Of a stretch of DNA of 64,000 nucleotides, positions 1 through 8,497 are shown piece by piece. Origin of the DNA: Candidatus Omnitrophota bacterium (GTDB lineage: Bacteria; Omnitrophota; Gorgyraeia; JAFGHF01); assembly GCA_042571705.1 (NCBI GenBank), contig JBHPFV010000004.1, forward strand, positions 7,167 to 71,166. The letters are read 5' to 3'. Each line of letters opens with the position of its first letter. Position 1 is the first letter of the stretch. A program made the position numbers and the translations under genes. The notes under the pieces are model-generated. The model did not search any database. It was not told the origin of the DNA and was given only the letters and a program-made list of their open reading frames with translations.

Positions 1-559
1 GTGGGGCCACATCATACCCCCAAACCTGCTCCAGCAGCAGATCTCTGGTAACCACTTCGCCTTTTTTAGAAACCAGAAAACGCAATAGCTTAAATTCAAA
101 AGGGGTTAATTTCAGCTGTTTGTTGCCTTTTTTAGCCTGATAGCTTTTAAAGTTGATCTGTAAAGTATCATCTTCGTATTCCTCGGCCGGCGCCAGATTA
201 CGCCTCCTTAATACTGCCTTAATCCTAGACTTCAGCTCCTGGAGGCTAAACGGCTTAGTAATATAGTCATCGGCTCCCAACTCCAGCCCCTTAACTTTAT
301 CTACTACCTGGTCACGGGCAGTGAGCATGATTACCGAAGCGTCAATGCCCTGCTGTTTAAGTTTACGGCAAACCTCAAACCCATCCAAATCAGGAAGAAT
401 CAGGTCTAATAGGATTAACTGCGGCTGCTCCAGGCCAGCCAGCTCTAAGCCTTGAACTCCGTTAGCCGCCGTAAAGGTAATGTATTCTTCAGATAGCTCA
501 TCTTTTAAACCTAAAAGAATCGCCGGCTCATCTTCGATAATCAAAATTTTAGTTTTCAC
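1..559 (-). CDS. OmpR/PhoB-family response regulator (receiver + winged-helix), C-terminus cut by window edge
   Basis: Hand translation of the minus strand from GTG at 559: VKTKILIIEDEPAILLGL...LILLDLILPDLDGFEVCRKLK...VIMLTARD...GLELGADDYITKPFSLQELKSRIKAVLRR, then ...LTPFEFKLLRFLVSKKGEVVTRDLLLEQVWGYD. It starts 4 nt after the kinase stop. It is absent from the ORF track because no stop codon lies inside the window. Confidence 0.85.
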   Translation of the reverse strand, partial: MKTKILIIEDEPAILLGLKDELSEEYITFTAANGVQGLELAGLEQPQLILLDLILPDLDGFEVCRKLKQQGIDASVIMLTARDQVVDKVKGLELGADDYITKPFSLQELKSRIKAVLRRRNLAPAEEYEDDTLQINFKSYQAKKGNKQLKLTPFEFKLLRFLVSKKGEVVTRDLLLEQVWGYDVAP

Positions 560-563
560 CTGC

Positions 564-1526
564 TCACCCTAACTTTATCGGCAAGACTACCCGGAAGGTG
601 CTGCCCTTGCCTTTTTGACTCTCTAATTCTATTCGGCCTTGATGGCCTTCGACGATTTTTTTGACTAACGCCAGGCCTAAGCCCGTCCCTTTACCCTGAT
701 GGTAAAAACGCTGAAAGACTTTCTTCTTTTCCTGCGCGTCCAAGCCCGGACCACGGTCGACAATTTCAAAGAACACCTCTTGGGCATTTTTCCCGGTATT
801 TATCCTGACCTTGCTAAAAGAAGGAGAAAATTTTAAGGCATTGTCTAAGAGATTAACAAAGGCCCGGGAAATAGCTTCTTTATCCAGTAAGGTGGCGGGC
901 AACTCAGCGGCAACATTCGCTGTTTCCAGCTTACAGTCCGGACGAATCAAACCGGCCGGGTAATCTGAAATAGACTGACGGACAATCTCAGCTAAATTAG
1001 TCCGCTCAAACTTGTACATCTCTTTTCCTTCTTGTTCCAATTTAGAAAAATCCAGGATGTTACCGATCAAATGGCTCAATTGATAGCTCTGGGCCAAAAT
1101 TAGCTCTAAATACTCTTTCCGCTTATCTTGCTGGTTTGGCTGCAGTTTAAGTGAGCGTTCTGTAAGCAGCCGAATAGAGGTCAAGGGTGTTTTTAACTCG
1201 TGAGACACGGTCGAGACAAAATCATTCTTCAGTTTAGCTACCTCAAACTGTCTTTGCATATTTTGCGCGCTTAAATAGCTGCCGATAATCAAAATCATTA
1301 ACAGCGCGAAGATAATCATCCCAAAGGCAAAGATGCTTACTCGGCTAAATGCCCCGAACATTTCCCCGCCAGCTACGGCAGCAGCTTGTGTCCTAATGTG
1401 ATAATCAATCACATTATATTGCCTGATTAAGGCCCAGAGCGCCACCGCGGCCAGGATGATACTGGGAATAATCACCGCGGCCAGGTAGTAATCGATACGT
1501 CTTTCTTCCGGCACCACCTTGATCAT
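564..1526 (-). CDS. Sensor histidine kinase (two TM helices with a ~30-aa loop, HisKA + HATPase_c; no obvious sensor or HAMP domain)
   Basis: H-box FVSTVSHELKTPLTSI, N-box LLDNALKFS, G-boxes DRGPGL and GTGLGLALV. There are two N-terminal hydrophobic segments. Confidence 0.9.
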   Translation of the reverse strand: MIKVVPEERRIDYYLAAVIIPSIILAAVALWALIRQYNVIDYHIRTQAAAVAGGEMFGAFSRVSIFAFGMIIFALLMILIIGSYLSAQNMQRQFEVAKLKNDFVSTVSHELKTPLTSIRLLTERSLKLQPNQQDKRKEYLELILAQSYQLSHLIGNILDFSKLEQEGKEMYKFERTNLAEIVRQSISDYPAGLIRPDCKLETANVAAELPATLLDKEAISRAFVNLLDNALKFSPSFSKVRINTGKNAQEVFFEIVDRGPGLDAQEKKKVFQRFYHQGKGTGLGLALVKKIVEGHQGRIELESQKGKGSTFRVVLPIKLG

Positions 1527-1565
1527 TGCTCACCTCTTTAACATAATGTAACACATACAGTTATA

Positions 1566-1593
1566 ATTGTAAAGCAAATATTAGAATTGTAAA
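1566..1593 (-). promoter_or_regulatory. Candidate sigma70 promoter for the kinase/regulator operon (TTTACA-16 nt-TACAAT). An overlapping second candidate is TTTACA (1568-1573)-17 nt-TACATT (1545-1550).
   Basis: Hexamers read on the minus strand in the 149-nt divergent intergenic region. SD GAGGTG lies upstream of ATG 1526. Confidence 0.45.
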
Positions 1594-1675
1594 AAAATGT
1601 AAAATCATCCCCCTTTGCATTGCGCTCAGCTTTAAATTCGGGCATACTTATATTGGAAGCAAAAACTTAAAGTGA

Positions 1676-4510
1676 GTGATTACGATGGTGAATTTAAGTC
1701 GTCAAAAAGGCGCGGTATTAATCATGGCCTATTTCTTCGTGGTGGTATTATTTGGTTTTTGCGCGGTGGTGTTTATGCGCTCAATCCAGGAGAATCGCGC
1801 AGCTAGCGTTTCTAACGATGCCCAGCTGGCCTTTTATGAGGCCGAGGCCGGGGTCTCCTTTGCTTATTACGAGCTGCGCAATATCGGGAATTTTAACTGG
1901 TTTACCCACATAGCTCGAGACATCCCTATAGCTATACCTCCGGCAACCAACTATCCACCCGGCTTCATAGACGTCAATGGCAACTATAGAGTCCCGGCAA
2001 GAGACTTCCAGGTCCAGACCTTCCCTGACCCTGTTGTTCCGGGCATGGTGGTGATCCTTTCCCAGGCTACAGTCGGCGCGGTTACCCGCACGATTGAATT
2101 TCGCGTAGAACAAGAATCGGCCTACCAATACCTTTTCTTCTATCCGGACACTCAAACTTTTGGAGACGGTTTTTATAACGGGCTTAACTCCGGCTCTATC
2201 CATGTAAATGGGGATATTATCATAGACGGTAAGATTACTTTTGCCTTTTTAAAGGAATTGACCTCCGGCTCCTTAAGCGCTGATGAAGGATATATCAAAA
2301 TGAAAATGGTGTCTCAGTTTCCTGATTTGCACGGAGGGCTCGGCTACTACACCACCATTTACGATCCGACTAATTTGCCCGAGTATATGTATAAGAACAC
2401 CACTTACCACTTCCGTTATGACTATACTCAGTTCCGCACCGGGGAGATCAGTGACTATGAACAGGCAACACTGGCCTATTACTTAAAAGGAGCGGACTCA
2501 GAGTGGGAATGGGATAAATATGCCGGCAATGGCAGCAATACCACTCCGGCCCGTTATAAAGTCGATAACCGGGACCGCTACAATTTGGCTGTGTATGAAA
2601 TGAGCGGACATCGCGGCGGTGTCTCTTTGTGTTCGGACAGAGAAAAAGTAAAAATAAGCATACCACATGTGGGCAAGTTTAATGACTCAGAACGTACAGT
2701 ATTTGAACAAATATACAATCTGAATTTGCCTTACGCAGATAAAACAAACGCCTTCAATGCTTTTTGGAGAGAATGGGAAAAAAATCACAAAGACGATGCC
2801 AGTTATTCAGACGGCAAAAATCCTGACCGGCGCTTTTTCGCCGCGGCTTATAATTGGGGTGATCTGGAAACCCCTGACGGTATAAACATGGAATGGTGGG
2901 AAGACATGAGTTACGGTGATGACCGGCGCCATCTAGTTAATGACATGGCCCCGGCGCAAGTAGAAAGGTACACTACCGGAAAACCGCTGGATCTGTATTT
3001 TCTGAACACAAAAGAACAGCCTCGGGCTTGGGACGCTTGGCTCAATAATAATAATCTCAACGAAGCCGGCGAAAATCAAACCCTGATTAAAGACCGCAGC
3101 CAAGGCGGCGCATATGTGGATCCGGGCTGTATCATCACCGAAGACTACACTACCCACAACAACATCCGGGCCAAGGCTAAAGCTGGCGGAATATTTTTAG
3201 GCCGCCGACAAACTGAAGAATATACTGCCTGGGTCTTGGGTGGCCGCGTGGGCCCGGAACCTTCACCGCGCTGGGAAGAAATTGACCCCGAGACCGAACA
3301 ATTTTTGGCCAATTTTGTTACTGAAAAACAATTTTTTAATGCTCTGCATCCTGCGGGTCATGATGACAAGTGGCACCATTACAGACCTACCAGAGTGCTG
3401 GAAATAGACGTCAATAATTTAAGAGCGGCCTTAGCGGCAAAAGGCATGGAGTTTAACGGAGTAGTCTACGCTGATCTGGCCAGCTATCCCTGGGAAACTC
3501 AAGGGTATGATCAAGATTCCGACGGGATCATGGTCACTAACGGGGAAAGGCTCCCCGATGGTGGTTTAAGCATTGTCACGCCGGGCAATATCTTTATTAA
3601 GGGCAATTACAATCTCGATCCAATCGGTGAGTCGGAAATAAACCGCAACCCGGATGATGAGGGAGTCATTGACCGTGTAGTGTCCAATAAAAGTTACCTT
3701 GATGATGCTGATGACCTAGAATGGCAGCCGGCGGAGGTATTGACTAAGCGCAAGGTTTACACGCTTTCTGAAGACTTTCCTGAACCCTCTTACATGCCCA
3801 TGGCTGATTATTACGTTGAGCAACATGTTGAGGAACAGTATCGGATCGCCCAGTGGCTTGACCCGCAGGATTTTGTCAGCGGAGACCGCTACTATCCTTC
3901 AGATTACTGGGTCCCCGATGTATCAAGAACCCGGGCATATAAAAAAATTGTTGACGATTGGTTTAGATATTATGACTATTCTGGCTTTAGCACGCAACCT
4001 AAATTAACATGGGGTAGCTGGGTCAATAGCTTTTGGGACAAAAATAAATCCTATACGGTTGAGACCCCAGATGGAACACAACACATCTTGGGTCGGGATT
4101 TACAACTGGCCGTACAGGATGTTATTGAAAAGCATTACGATAGTAAGTATAGATATGCTAAAATCCACGGCAAGGACCCGCAAAACCCGAATAATCCCGA
4201 TGTCCCTTCACAAATAAACAGTGTCAAAGAAAAACATATTTACAATACAGCGATTGTTACTCCTTATGCCACCGAACCCTACGTATTAGAATACTGGCGC
4301 TATGCTTCCCGAATAATCAATGGCGCCAACGTGCAACTGCCCGCGGAGCATAAAAGCCACACGCCCATCTCAGCTGAGTATGATCGGACCTACAACCCTA
4401 GTGAGACTTATAATTACGAGCCCCGTTATGGCGCGGGTGTCGGCGCGGGTTTCTTGCCTCCCGTGGGCCTGAGTTTTGCGGCGAAAGGCTCTTGGCGAGA
4501 GATAAACTGA
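1676..4510 (+). CDS. Giant GspK/PilX-like minor-pseudopilin-family protein (paralog A, ~941-944 aa); putative pilus-tip protein
   Basis: The N-terminus ...RQKG|AVLIMAYFFVVVLFGFCAVVFMRSIQENRAASVSNDAQLAFYEAEAGVSFAYYEL resembles PilX_N/GspK: a Gly followed by a hydrophobic helix, with no Glu at +5. The remainder has no motif I recognise. ATG 1685 (MVNLSRQKG...) aligns better with paralog B than GTG 1676. Confidence 0.65.
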   Translation: MITMVNLSRQKGAVLIMAYFFVVVLFGFCAVVFMRSIQENRAASVSNDAQLAFYEAEAGVSFAYYELRNIGNFNWFTHIARDIPIAIPPATNYPPGFIDVNGNYRVPARDFQVQTFPDPVVPGMVVILSQATVGAVTRTIEFRVEQESAYQYLFFYPDTQTFGDGFYNGLNSGSIHVNGDIIIDGKITFAFLKELTSGSLSADEGYIKMKMVSQFPDLHGGLGYYTTIYDPTNLPEYMYKNTTYHFRYDYTQFRTGEISDYEQATLAYYLKGADSEWEWDKYAGNGSNTTPARYKVDNRDRYNLAVYEMSGHRGGVSLCSDREKVKISIPHVGKFNDSERTVFEQIYNLNLPYADKTNAFNAFWREWEKNHKDDASYSDGKNPDRRFFAAAYNWGDLETPDGINMEWWEDMSYGDDRRHLVNDMAPAQVERYTTGKPLDLYFLNTKEQPRAWDAWLNNNNLNEAGENQTLIKDRSQGGAYVDPGCIITEDYTTHNNIRAKAKAGGIFLGRRQTEEYTAWVLGGRVGPEPSPRWEEIDPETEQFLANFVTEKQFFNALHPAGHDDKWHHYRPTRVLEIDVNNLRAALAAKGMEFNGVVYADLASYPWETQGYDQDSDGIMVTNGERLPDGGLSIVTPGNIFIKGNYNLDPIGESEINRNPDDEGVIDRVVSNKSYLDDADDLEWQPAEVLTKRKVYTLSEDFPEPSYMPMADYYVEQHVEEQYRIAQWLDPQDFVSGDRYYPSDYWVPDVSRTRAYKKIVDDWFRYYDYSGFSTQPKLTWGSWVNSFWDKNKSYTVETPDGTQHILGRDLQLAVQDVIEKHYDSKYRYAKIHGKDPQNPNNPDVPSQINSVKEKHIYNTAIVTPYATEPYVLEYWRYASRIINGANVQLPAEHKSHTPISAEYDRTYNPSETYNYEPRYGAGVGAGFLPPVGLSFAAKGSWREIN

Positions 4511-4523
4511 AAGGAAAAATGAA

Positions 4524-4931
4524 ATGGACAAAAAAGGGTTTACGATGATTGAGCTGCTGATTGCCACCACAGTGATGGTAACCATATTATTGGCCGTAGT
4601 CTATAGCCTGATGCAAGCTCAGGAAGTTACCAGCATCGCCAATAATCAGGATATTGCCTTAAGCGCTATACAAGATAAGCTTGAAGAAATCGCCAATGAC
4701 CTGGGTAATATTATGAATTATGACCAACAGACCTTCGCCGTAGAGGCTGATCAAGGAGGCGGCGTGATGACCCCGCTACTCAATACCCCTCCGGGTCTGG
4801 CTAACCCCGGACAAGTTACAGTCAACCAGATTGCGGGCACTAATCTTTTCGATGTCACGGTCACGGTCAGCTGGGAACAAAAGCCGGGCCGGATAGTCTC
4901 TCGAGACCTATCCACTACTTTTATCCAGTGA
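4524..4931 (+). CDS. Prepilin-type minor pseudopilin (class III signal peptide), GspI/PilV-like size
   Basis: MDKKG|FTMIELLIATTVMVTILLAVV: cleavage/methylation motif G|FTxxE with Glu+5. 135 aa, 13 nt after paralog A. Confidence 0.85.
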   Translation: MDKKGFTMIELLIATTVMVTILLAVVYSLMQAQEVTSIANNQDIALSAIQDKLEEIANDLGNIMNYDQQTFAVEADQGGGVMTPLLNTPPGLANPGQVTVNQIAGTNLFDVTVTVSWEQKPGRIVSRDLSTTFIQ

Positions 4932-4941
4932 GGGATTTAAA

Positions 4942-5574
4942 ATGAAGAAAAAAAATAAAGCCGGTTTTACCTTGGTCGAAGTACTGGTAGTCTTAGGTAT
5001 CTTCACCTTGGCCTTTGGCTTGAGTTTTGCGGCCTTATCTACCAGTAGGCTATCCGCCAACATTAACGAAGCCCAGATCCAGGCCCAAGAACTCGCCCGT
5101 CGGGCCCTGCAGCAAATTACTAATGAGCTACGCTCAGCCAGCCCCACGCGGGTCCAGCTTTTTAATGGCCTGCTCCCACAAGCTAATCGGCTTTCAGGAA
5201 ATGTAGTATTTTTCCAAGTCCCACTGGAAACCCCTGCCGGGGACCTAAACTTAACAGCCGCCGGGGACCTACAGTGGGGATCCAAGGATGTAGCAGCCGG
5301 CTACACTGCCAATCAATGGATTTCTTATTCAGCGGAACTAATTGATCCTAATGACCCAAATTCCGGCTGGCAACTGGTTAAAAGGACACATCCAAGTCCG
5401 GGAGGAGCGGTGTTAAGCACTCAGATAATCTGCCGGCACATTAGTGATTTAGATTTCACGCGCACCAGCCCGACTGACCCAGAGATTACAGTGCAATTAG
5501 TGAGTACGGTCGATTCTAATGTTGCGCCTTTACAGCAGACTCTACGCACCAGGATACTACTCAGAAACCAATAA
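4942..5574 (+). CDS. Prepilin-type minor pseudopilin, GspJ/PilW-like size
   Basis: MKKKNKAG|FTLVEVLVVLGIFTLAFG: canonical prepilin motif. 210 aa. Confidence 0.85.
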   Translation: MKKKNKAGFTLVEVLVVLGIFTLAFGLSFAALSTSRLSANINEAQIQAQELARRALQQITNELRSASPTRVQLFNGLLPQANRLSGNVVFFQVPLETPAGDLNLTAAGDLQWGSKDVAAGYTANQWISYSAELIDPNDPNSGWQLVKRTHPSPGGAVLSTQIICRHISDLDFTRTSPTDPEITVQLVSTVDSNVAPLQQTLRTRILLRNQ

Positions 5575-5605
5575 GTGTTAATGGGTTGTTTAGAAAGAGC
5601 GGGAC

Positions 5606-8476
5606 ATGATCAATCCAATTAAAAACAACCAAGGCGTGGTGTTAATCATCGCCTACTTCTGCGTGGTCGTATTATTTGGATTTACCACGATTACCTTTAT
5701 GCGCTCCATGCACGAAAACCGGGCAGCCAACCTGGGTAATAACTCCTCCCGGGCCTTTTATGAAGCTGAATCCGGCTTGGCCTTTGCTTACCACGAATTA
5801 TCTCAAGGCAATAACTTTCAATGGTATACGCACCTGGGTCGGAATCCGGACGTTTTGGCCGCACCCAGCCCTCCTACCTCACCGGGCGGATTAATTTCTC
5901 CAGCCGATGGGACCTTTCAGGTAGCCGGCCGAAACTTTAGAGTTATGACCATGCCTGACCCTAATTTTGCCGATTTTGTGCTGATCCTCTCTCAGGCCAC
6001 CGTAAGTGGAGTTACGCGCACAATAGAACAACGCTTGGCCTTAACCCGTGCTTTTGAATATTTATTTTTCTATCCCGATACTCACGTCTTTGAAACGGCC
6101 ACTATCGACGGCCGTAACTTCGGAGGCATTCATGTTAACGGAAATATTGAATTCATCGGAAATCCCCGCTTTCGTTTTTTGACTGAACTTAGCTCTGGTT
6201 CGAACGCCTCAGACAAGGGTTACATCTTACGTCCGCTAACGCAGCAATTTTATGAGGGCCGTTACGATAATCCCGATGCTTTTGGCGTAGCGGAATATCG
6301 GACCACCGCCTCTGATCCGCTCAACTTGCAGACCAGCGTATATAGAAATACTAATTATCATTTTAGCACCGGTAACACCTATTTTGAGACTGGAGCTATT
6401 GAGGACCCGGTATCGATCACACTTCCCTACTATCTTGAAGGCGCAGGCGCGGCCTGGGAATTTGACAAGTATCTTGGTGACCGAGGAGATAGTAATGACA
6501 ATCTGGCGTTAAGCTATAATATCAGCAATGAAGATTTGAAGAACTTAGGCCTGTATGAGTCGAGCCGATCCGCGGGAAACACCGGCTTGCTTGATGAGGA
6601 AAAACGGATCAATATTCCAACCGGGCCTAGCGGCAACGAGGTGGATGTATTTAAAGAGCTTTGCGGGCAATACGATGACAATACTGAATACTGGGATGAC
6701 TTTTGGTCGCGATGGAAACAAAATCACAGACATGATTACCAAGATTATCAAGACAGCTATACGGGAGGAGAAGACTGGGAACGCCGGTTCTGGCTTGCTG
6801 GTTACGAGTGGAGTGGCGACCCAGGGACACCCAATAACATGAACATGGAATGGTGGTCAGACCTGAGTTATGGCGATGACCGCAGCCGATTGTTGAACGA
6901 TTTGGCCCCGGCGCAAGTAGTAGATAATTATACCGGTGAGGAGCTTGATGCCTATTTCTTAAACTCAGAACAACAAGCTCAACCATGGGAAAGCTGGCTG
7001 AACAACAACAATTTGAATGAGAAAGGTGAAAACAAAACTTTGGTCCAGGACCGCAGTCAAGGCGGAAGCTATATCGACCCGGGAGAAATAATCAACACCC
7101 AAACCGACTCTAGCGGAATAAAGAATAAGGCCTTAAACGGCGGTATCTACATCGGCATGCACGATGGAGAGCTCGTGAACAACATCTCTAACTGCACGAG
7201 CGAAAAGGCGTTCTATAACGCCCGTAATCCCGCCGGCTGCTATAAAAGGGAAAACCCCAGAGACTGGAACTGGTCAGCGTATAAAGTTTATACTGACGGA
7301 ATGGAATATCGACCAAGCAATATCTTAGAGATTGATATCCAGCAGTTGCTCGATACCATCGCCGCCGGCCAAATACAAGATTTTAACGGCGTAATTTTCG
7401 TCGATCTTACCGATTATAGCTGGGACGACACTCATTATGATGCTAATGCCGATGGAGTGATGCTAGTAAATGCTGAGCGGCTCCCCGATGGCGGCTTAAG
7501 TCTGGTTACCCCCAACAATATCTACGTGAAGGGCAACTACAATCTTGATCCGCAAGGCTATTCCGAGCGCTACCGGGACCCGGACGACCCGGCAGTAATC
7601 CAGCGAGTAATTAATGAAAAAACCTATATTGAGAATGAAGAAGATTTGCAATGGCAGCCGGCAGAATTAATAACTTCCCGGGCTGTATATACCCTCTCTG
7701 ATGACTTTTCCGAACCACAGACAATGCCTTTAACCGGCTATCAATACATTCAATATTACGATAACTACCGTGGCTTTACTGACGCCGACGTAATTCAGCA
7801 TCGGCGTTACGGCACTGCTGATGCCTCCTGGATGCCCTCTTCATCCGATACCTCCTGGTCCAGCACAATAGACGATTGGTTTGATCTGGAAGGCATAGAC
7901 AGACCGACGAATGGCTGGGATGTGGCCTGGATTGAACAGAATTGGGGCTCTTTTAGCTGGAGTGACGATTATGTGTATCAATATAATACGGAAGATAGCG
8001 ACCCGGAAAACGATGTTTTTATATTGCGCCGGGACCTAAAATCTGACCTATACTCGAAGGTTGACAACTGTTACCGCGCGCACTACGCTTACGACCCAAC
8101 TCGCCCGCCGGATGCGTATCAAATGAGTAATTTGGTAAATGAAAAACATATTTACAATACAGCTATTGTCAGTCCTTATAACCCTGAAGGATCTACTATT
8201 GAAATTTGGGGTTACAACTATATCCCCGGAAGCCAAGATACCGATAGGGTGATTAACGGCGCATTTATTCAACTGCCGTCTAGCCACAAGGAACCCATTC
8301 CAGATGAATCGTTTGACTCTCCAAATATTAATCGGGGCCGCCGGGTTAGCTGGCCGGTGAAGACCTTTAATTATGAGACCCGCTTTGGTGGACAAGGAGC
8401 CAACGTAGCAGCTCAGACTCCGGTGAACTTGAGATTTGGTCTGGTTGGTTCGTGGAGAGAAATTAACAACTTTTAA
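5606..8476 (+). CDS. Giant GspK/PilX-like protein (paralog B, 956 aa)
   Basis: N-terminus ...NNQG|VVLIIAYFCVVVLFGFTTITFMRSMHENRAANLGNNSSRAFYEAESGLAFAYHEL. It shares long collinear blocks with paralog A (MEWW.D.SYGDDR, WLNNNNLNE.GEN.TL..DRSQGG, ERLPDGGLS.VTP.NI..KGNYNLDP, EKHIYNTAIV.PY, terminal GSWREIN). Confidence 0.65.
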   Translation: MINPIKNNQGVVLIIAYFCVVVLFGFTTITFMRSMHENRAANLGNNSSRAFYEAESGLAFAYHELSQGNNFQWYTHLGRNPDVLAAPSPPTSPGGLISPADGTFQVAGRNFRVMTMPDPNFADFVLILSQATVSGVTRTIEQRLALTRAFEYLFFYPDTHVFETATIDGRNFGGIHVNGNIEFIGNPRFRFLTELSSGSNASDKGYILRPLTQQFYEGRYDNPDAFGVAEYRTTASDPLNLQTSVYRNTNYHFSTGNTYFETGAIEDPVSITLPYYLEGAGAAWEFDKYLGDRGDSNDNLALSYNISNEDLKNLGLYESSRSAGNTGLLDEEKRINIPTGPSGNEVDVFKELCGQYDDNTEYWDDFWSRWKQNHRHDYQDYQDSYTGGEDWERRFWLAGYEWSGDPGTPNNMNMEWWSDLSYGDDRSRLLNDLAPAQVVDNYTGEELDAYFLNSEQQAQPWESWLNNNNLNEKGENKTLVQDRSQGGSYIDPGEIINTQTDSSGIKNKALNGGIYIGMHDGELVNNISNCTSEKAFYNARNPAGCYKRENPRDWNWSAYKVYTDGMEYRPSNILEIDIQQLLDTIAAGQIQDFNGVIFVDLTDYSWDDTHYDANADGVMLVNAERLPDGGLSLVTPNNIYVKGNYNLDPQGYSERYRDPDDPAVIQRVINEKTYIENEEDLQWQPAELITSRAVYTLSDDFSEPQTMPLTGYQYIQYYDNYRGFTDADVIQHRRYGTADASWMPSSSDTSWSSTIDDWFDLEGIDRPTNGWDVAWIEQNWGSFSWSDDYVYQYNTEDSDPENDVFILRRDLKSDLYSKVDNCYRAHYAYDPTRPPDAYQMSNLVNEKHIYNTAIVSPYNPEGSTIEIWGYNYIPGSQDTDRVINGAFIQLPSSHKEPIPDESFDSPNINRGRRVSWPVKTFNYETRFGGQGANVAAQTPVNLRFGLVGSWREINNF

Positions 8477-8497
8477 GAGGAGATAAGATAGAGTAAG

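Noticed and set aside
1781-8395. Minus- and plus-strand 60-140-aa ORFs nested in the giant tip-protein genes and pseudopilin genes (for example 1781-2203, 4908-5285, 6651-6986, 8048-8395)
   Set aside because: They overlap long, paralog-supported reading frames. Their sequences are not conserved between the two paralogous regions, and they have no start-site signals.
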